Positions 60,901 through 64,000 of a DNA stretch of 64,000 bases are shown here, one piece after another. Position 1 is the stretch's first letter. The number at the start of each line of letters is the position of its first letter. The stretch is from the NCBI GenBank assembly GCA_963716725.1, contig CAVQUB010000007.1, positions 96,001 to 160,000 on the forward strand, read 5' to 3'. A model generated the notes under the pieces. That model worked only from the letters and a program-made list of their open reading frames with translations. It was not told the origin of the DNA and made no database searches. This stretch comes from an uncultured delta proteobacterium (lineage in GTDB: Bacteria; Myxococcota_A; Polyangia; Polyangiales; Polyangiaceae). A program made the position numbers and the translations under genes.

Positions 60901-61084
60901 GCATAACGATTGAGGCGTTCAGCAGCGAACGCCAGGAACAACACTACCCAACAATACCACGCCGACAGGCGCGGGGGTGGCGCCGAGGTTCGCAAGAACC
61001 GAGGCGCTAAGCCCCGCGCGCAGGGCGCCACGACATCAGCCAGTCGGAAAGCCAGCGATCGTCTGCTGCAACGTCCTGTTAGGC
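60901..61084 (-). repeat. attC1 (family B, 184 bp)
   Basis: GCCTAAC-AGGAC-GTTGCAGCAGACGATCGCTGG...CTGGCGTTCGCTGCTGAAC-GCCTCAATC-GTTATGC. Confidence 0.9.
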
Positions 61085-61495
61085 AGTACTCCATGAGTCG
61101 AGATCTGTGACCGGACTGGGAAGTCGGCCTTCGAGCCATTTCGCACAATCAGCCGGCGTGAACTCGGTGTCGGTTGACTCGATGACCCACGAAAGGAACT
61201 CAACGCCGCCGTTCATGTAGGGTGGTGGGGACACCGGCATGAACACTGTGGGAAGGCGCTCGTCAATCGACATGTAGTTGAGCACGTGGCCCAGTTCCTG
61301 GACAACTCGCCACGCGAGGCCGTGTGTCGTGTCGAGGGAGAACTTCACCCACCAGAGGCCACCATCAGATCCACACCCGATGGACCGACGCCCTGCCGGA
61401 AGCTCGATTGCAGGCAGCTGCTCAAGAAAACGCAGGAGCGGCTCGAACGATTCTTCCTCCCCCAAATGACACCACCAAATCTGCCTAACCTCCAT
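61079..61495 (-). CDS. Cassette 1 hypothetical protein (ATG supplied by the attI region; also in frame with intI)
   Basis: WWVKFSLD...[14 protein letters not shown]...[14 protein letters not shown] in R'' of attC1. Confidence 0.7.
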   Translation of the reverse strand: MEVRQIWWCHLGEEESFEPLLRFLEQLPAIELPAGRRSIGCGSDGGLWWVKFSLDTTHGLAWRVVQELGHVLNYMSIDERLPTVFMPVSPPPYMNGGVEFLSWVIESTDTEFTPADCAKWLEGRLPSPVTDLDSWSTA

Positions 61496-61520
61496 TCTAC
61501 CTCGGACGCTTCCGCGAAGC
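61483..61520 (-). other. Putative attI (core GTTAGGC at 61489-61483)
   Basis: GTTAGGCAG is the exact complement of the CTGCCTAAC end of cassette 1; no attC hairpin upstream. Confidence 0.75.
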
Positions 61521-61645
61521 ACCGGGGCTCGGCTCGTGCCGTCCCCCATGATCTTCAGCGCTTGCGCCCGACGTGGCGCGTCCGGGGTCGCGTTATGCGG
61601 TTCCGCATAGCCTGATAGGTGGTGCCCGAGGGGGAGGTTGATTGC

Positions 61646-62219
61646 GAGCTGGTCGAGGGGGCTCCGAACGCCATGTCCGACGCGGTTCAGGACGTGCGTG
61701 TAGATCATGGTCGTGGTGACGTCCGCGTGGCCGAGCAGCTCTTGGATGGTACGGATGTCGTACCCGGCTTCGAGCAAGTGGGTGGCGAACGAGTGCCGGA
61801 GCGCGTGGCAGCTGGCCGGCTTGGGGAGGCCCGGGCCGGCTTCCAGTGCGGCCCGCCGTACCGCGCGTTGCAGCACAGTTTGGTGGGTGTGGTGGCGCCG
61901 GCGCTCGCCGGTGACGCGATCCCTGTAGTGACGTTCCGCGGGGAACACCCACTGCCACGCCCACTCACGCGGGGCATCCGGATACTTGCGCGCGAGCGCG
62001 TGAGGCAGCTCGACGCTGCCCACGCCGTTCCGCAAGTCGATGTCGTGCTGGGATCGGACGGTTGCGAGGTGACGCATCAGGGGCTCGAGCATCGAGGCGG
62101 GGAGTGGGGTCACGCGGTCCTTCTTCCCCTTCCCGCAGCGGACCGTGATCTCGTGGCGATGCAGGTCGATGTCCTCGACGCGCAAGCTCGCGCACTCCAT
62201 CAGGCGCAAGCCTCCGCAG
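61646..62219 (-). pseudogene. intI: Integron integrase, catalytic half only (N-terminal domain missing, no stop codon)
   Basis: [14 protein letters not shown], IntI-specific [54 protein letters not shown]. Confidence 0.93.
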
Positions 62220-62288
62220 GATGTCGGAGACGTGCCCGGCGAAAGCAATCTTCGTCGCCGGCGATCGCCACCCTGCCGCGCCCGCGGC

Positions 62289-63710
62289 TCAGGCGGCCTT
62301 CGCACCGGGAGCGTTGCGGAGCTCACCCAGGATGGCGTCAATGGTCTTCTTGGCGTCGCCGAAGAGCATCTGGGTGTGCTCTTTGAAGAAGAGCGGGTTC
62401 TCGACGCCCGCGTAGCCGCTGGCCATGCTCCGCTTCATCACCACGCAGGCCTTGGCCTTCCACACCTGGAGCACGGGCATGCCGTAGATGGGGCTCGACC
62501 GATCGTCGAGTGCGCCCGGGTTCACGATGTCGTTGGCTCCGATCACCAGCACCGCGTCGGTCTCGGGGAAGTCCTCGTTGATCTCGTCCATCTCGAGCAC
62601 GATGTCGTACGGGACCTTCGCTTCGGCCAAGAGCACGTTCATGTGGCCGGGAAGTCGGCCCGCGACCGGGTGAATCGCGAAGCGCACCTTCACGCCGCGC
62701 TCGCGCAAGAGGGCCGCCACCTCCCACAGCGGGTACTGCGCTTGGGCAACGGCCATGCCGTAGCCCGGCACGACCACCACGCTCTTGGCGTTGGCGAGCA
62801 GCGCTGCCGTGTCGGTCGCGGTGACGCTGACCACCTCGCCCTGGGGTTCGCCGGAGGTCTTGGCCGGGGCTGCGCCTTCTTCGGCGCCAAAGCCGCCGAA
62901 GATCACGCTGACGATGGATCGGTTCATCGCCTTGCACATGATGTAGCTGAGAATGGCGCCGCTCGATCCGACCAGCGCGCCAGTGATGATCAAGAGATCG
63001 TTGGCGAGCATGAAGCCCGCCGCGGCAGCCGCCCAGCCAGAGTAACTGTTGAGCATCGACACGACCACCGGCATGTCGGCGCCGCCGATGGCCATCACCA
63101 GGTGCACGCCGAGCACTCCGGCGATCGCCGTCATGATCAGCAGCGGCTGCAGGCCTCCGTGCTCCGGCGCCGAAAGGAACTGCGCTCCGAGCCAGAGGCA
63201 AGCCGCGACCATGGTGAGGTTCGCGAGGTGGCGTCCTGGGAGCAGCAGCGGCTTGCTGCGGATCAGACCTTGGAGCTTTCCGTAGGCGACGATTGAGCCG
63301 GTGAAGGTGATGGCGCCGATGAACACGCCGATGAACACCTCGATCTCGTGGATCACCGCCTCGGCGCCGCTCAGATCGGAGGGAGGCGCCAGGAAACTCG
63401 CGATGCCCACCAGCACCGCGGCCGCGCCCACGAAGCTGTGCAAGATGGCGACGAGCTGGGGCATGTTGGTCATGGCCACGCGCGCGGCGAGAAGCGCGCC
63501 GATCACTGCGCCGACGCCGATGGCGCCCGCCAAGACGGGGTAGCCGGTGACCGAGGGGTGCGCGGCGGTGGCGACCAGCGCGATGATCATGCCGACGATG
63601 CCGAAGACGTTGCCGCGTCCTGCGGATTGCTGCTTCGACAGCCCGCCGAGGCTCGAGATGAAGAGCACGCCGGCGACGAGGTACGCGATGTTCTGAAGGC
63701 TCTGCGGCAT
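62289..63710 (-). CDS. pntB: NAD(P) transhydrogenase subunit beta
   Basis: [48 protein letters not shown]. Confidence 0.98.
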   Translation of the reverse strand: MPQSLQNIAYLVAGVLFISSLGGLSKQQSAGRGNVFGIVGMIIALVATAAHPSVTGYPVLAGAIGVGAVIGALLAARVAMTNMPQLVAILHSFVGAAAVLVGIASFLAPPSDLSGAEAVIHEIEVFIGVFIGAITFTGSIVAYGKLQGLIRSKPLLLPGRHLANLTMVAACLWLGAQFLSAPEHGGLQPLLIMTAIAGVLGVHLVMAIGGADMPVVVSMLNSYSGWAAAAAGFMLANDLLIITGALVGSSGAILSYIMCKAMNRSIVSVIFGGFGAEEGAAPAKTSGEPQGEVVSVTATDTAALLANAKSVVVVPGYGMAVAQAQYPLWEVAALLRERGVKVRFAIHPVAGRLPGHMNVLLAEAKVPYDIVLEMDEINEDFPETDAVLVIGANDIVNPGALDDRSSPIYGMPVLQVWKAKACVVMKRSMASGYAGVENPLFFKEHTQMLFGDAKKTIDAILGELRNAPGAKAA

Positions 63711-63716
63711 GGTCGA

Positions 63717-64000
63717 TCACCTCTGGAACATGCGCAGCATGCGCTGCGTGACCAGGAAGCCTCCCGAGATATTGATGGTGGCGATCAGCACAGCGATGGC
63801 GCCGAGCGCTGTCACCGGGGCGGTGACGGGGCCGGAGACCTGAAGCATGCCGCCGATCAGGATGATGCCGCTGATGGCGTTGGTGACGCTCATCAGTGGC
63901 GTGTGCAGCGCGGGCGTGACGTTCCAGACCACCTGCCAACCGATGAAACAGGCCAGCACGAACACCGTGAAGTGCGCGAGGAAGCTGGGCGGTGCTACCA
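63717..64000 (-). CDS. pntA: NAD(P) transhydrogenase subunit alpha, membrane part (5' end outside window)
   Basis: [35 protein letters not shown]. Confidence 0.95.
   Translation of the reverse strand, partial: VAPPSFLAHFTVFVLACFIGWQVVWNVTPALHTPLMSVTNAISGIILIGGMLQVSGPVTAPVTALGAIAVLIATINISGGFLVTQRMLRMFQR

Larger units (their letters stand above)
52208..62219 (-). mobile_element. Chromosomal integron, inverted-integrase layout (intI remnant, attI, 10 attC-bounded cassettes, eroded tail)
   Basis: IntI-specific motif plus a series of attC hairpins with short ORFs between them, several ending in the R'' box. Confidence 0.92.

Noticed and set aside
61646..62219. XerC/XerD or prophage integrase
   Set aside because: Carries the IntI-specific insertion ([10 protein letters not shown]...W.WQWVFP) and abuts an attC array; no phage genes are present.

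Overview
GC-rich bacterial chromosome segment, most consistent with Myxococcota (Polyangiales-like): mglBA, many Gly-rich/Cys-rich lipoproteins and TPR-transglutaminase giants. Positions 1-50.4 kb are mostly core genome: pyrH, a ccmF cluster, a probable oriC before dnaN-recF-gyrB with no adjacent dnaA or gyrA, clpB, cinA/thpR, ligA, comEC, hpt, rarA, yggS and mglBA. Several of these genes carry single-base indels that look like read errors. Positions 52.2-62.2 kb hold a chromosomal integron with an unusual layout. An N-terminally truncated integron integrase lies on the same strand as, and upstream of, its cassette array. It has no stop codon and reads in frame through the putative attI into cassette 1. 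Ten attC sites (eight unusually long, 155-184 bp, in two sequence families) plus a half site delimit the cassettes. These carry four toxin-antitoxin (TA) modules, a HEPN-like gene cut by an IS3 element, a mini MotA/TolQ/ExbB-like gene, a fused HAD gene and a probably gene-less structured cassette; a doc remnant lies just past the last complete attC. Damaged recombination cores sit at TA-cassette borders. pntB and part of pntA close the window. All calls are from reading the sequence and motifs only; no searches were run.
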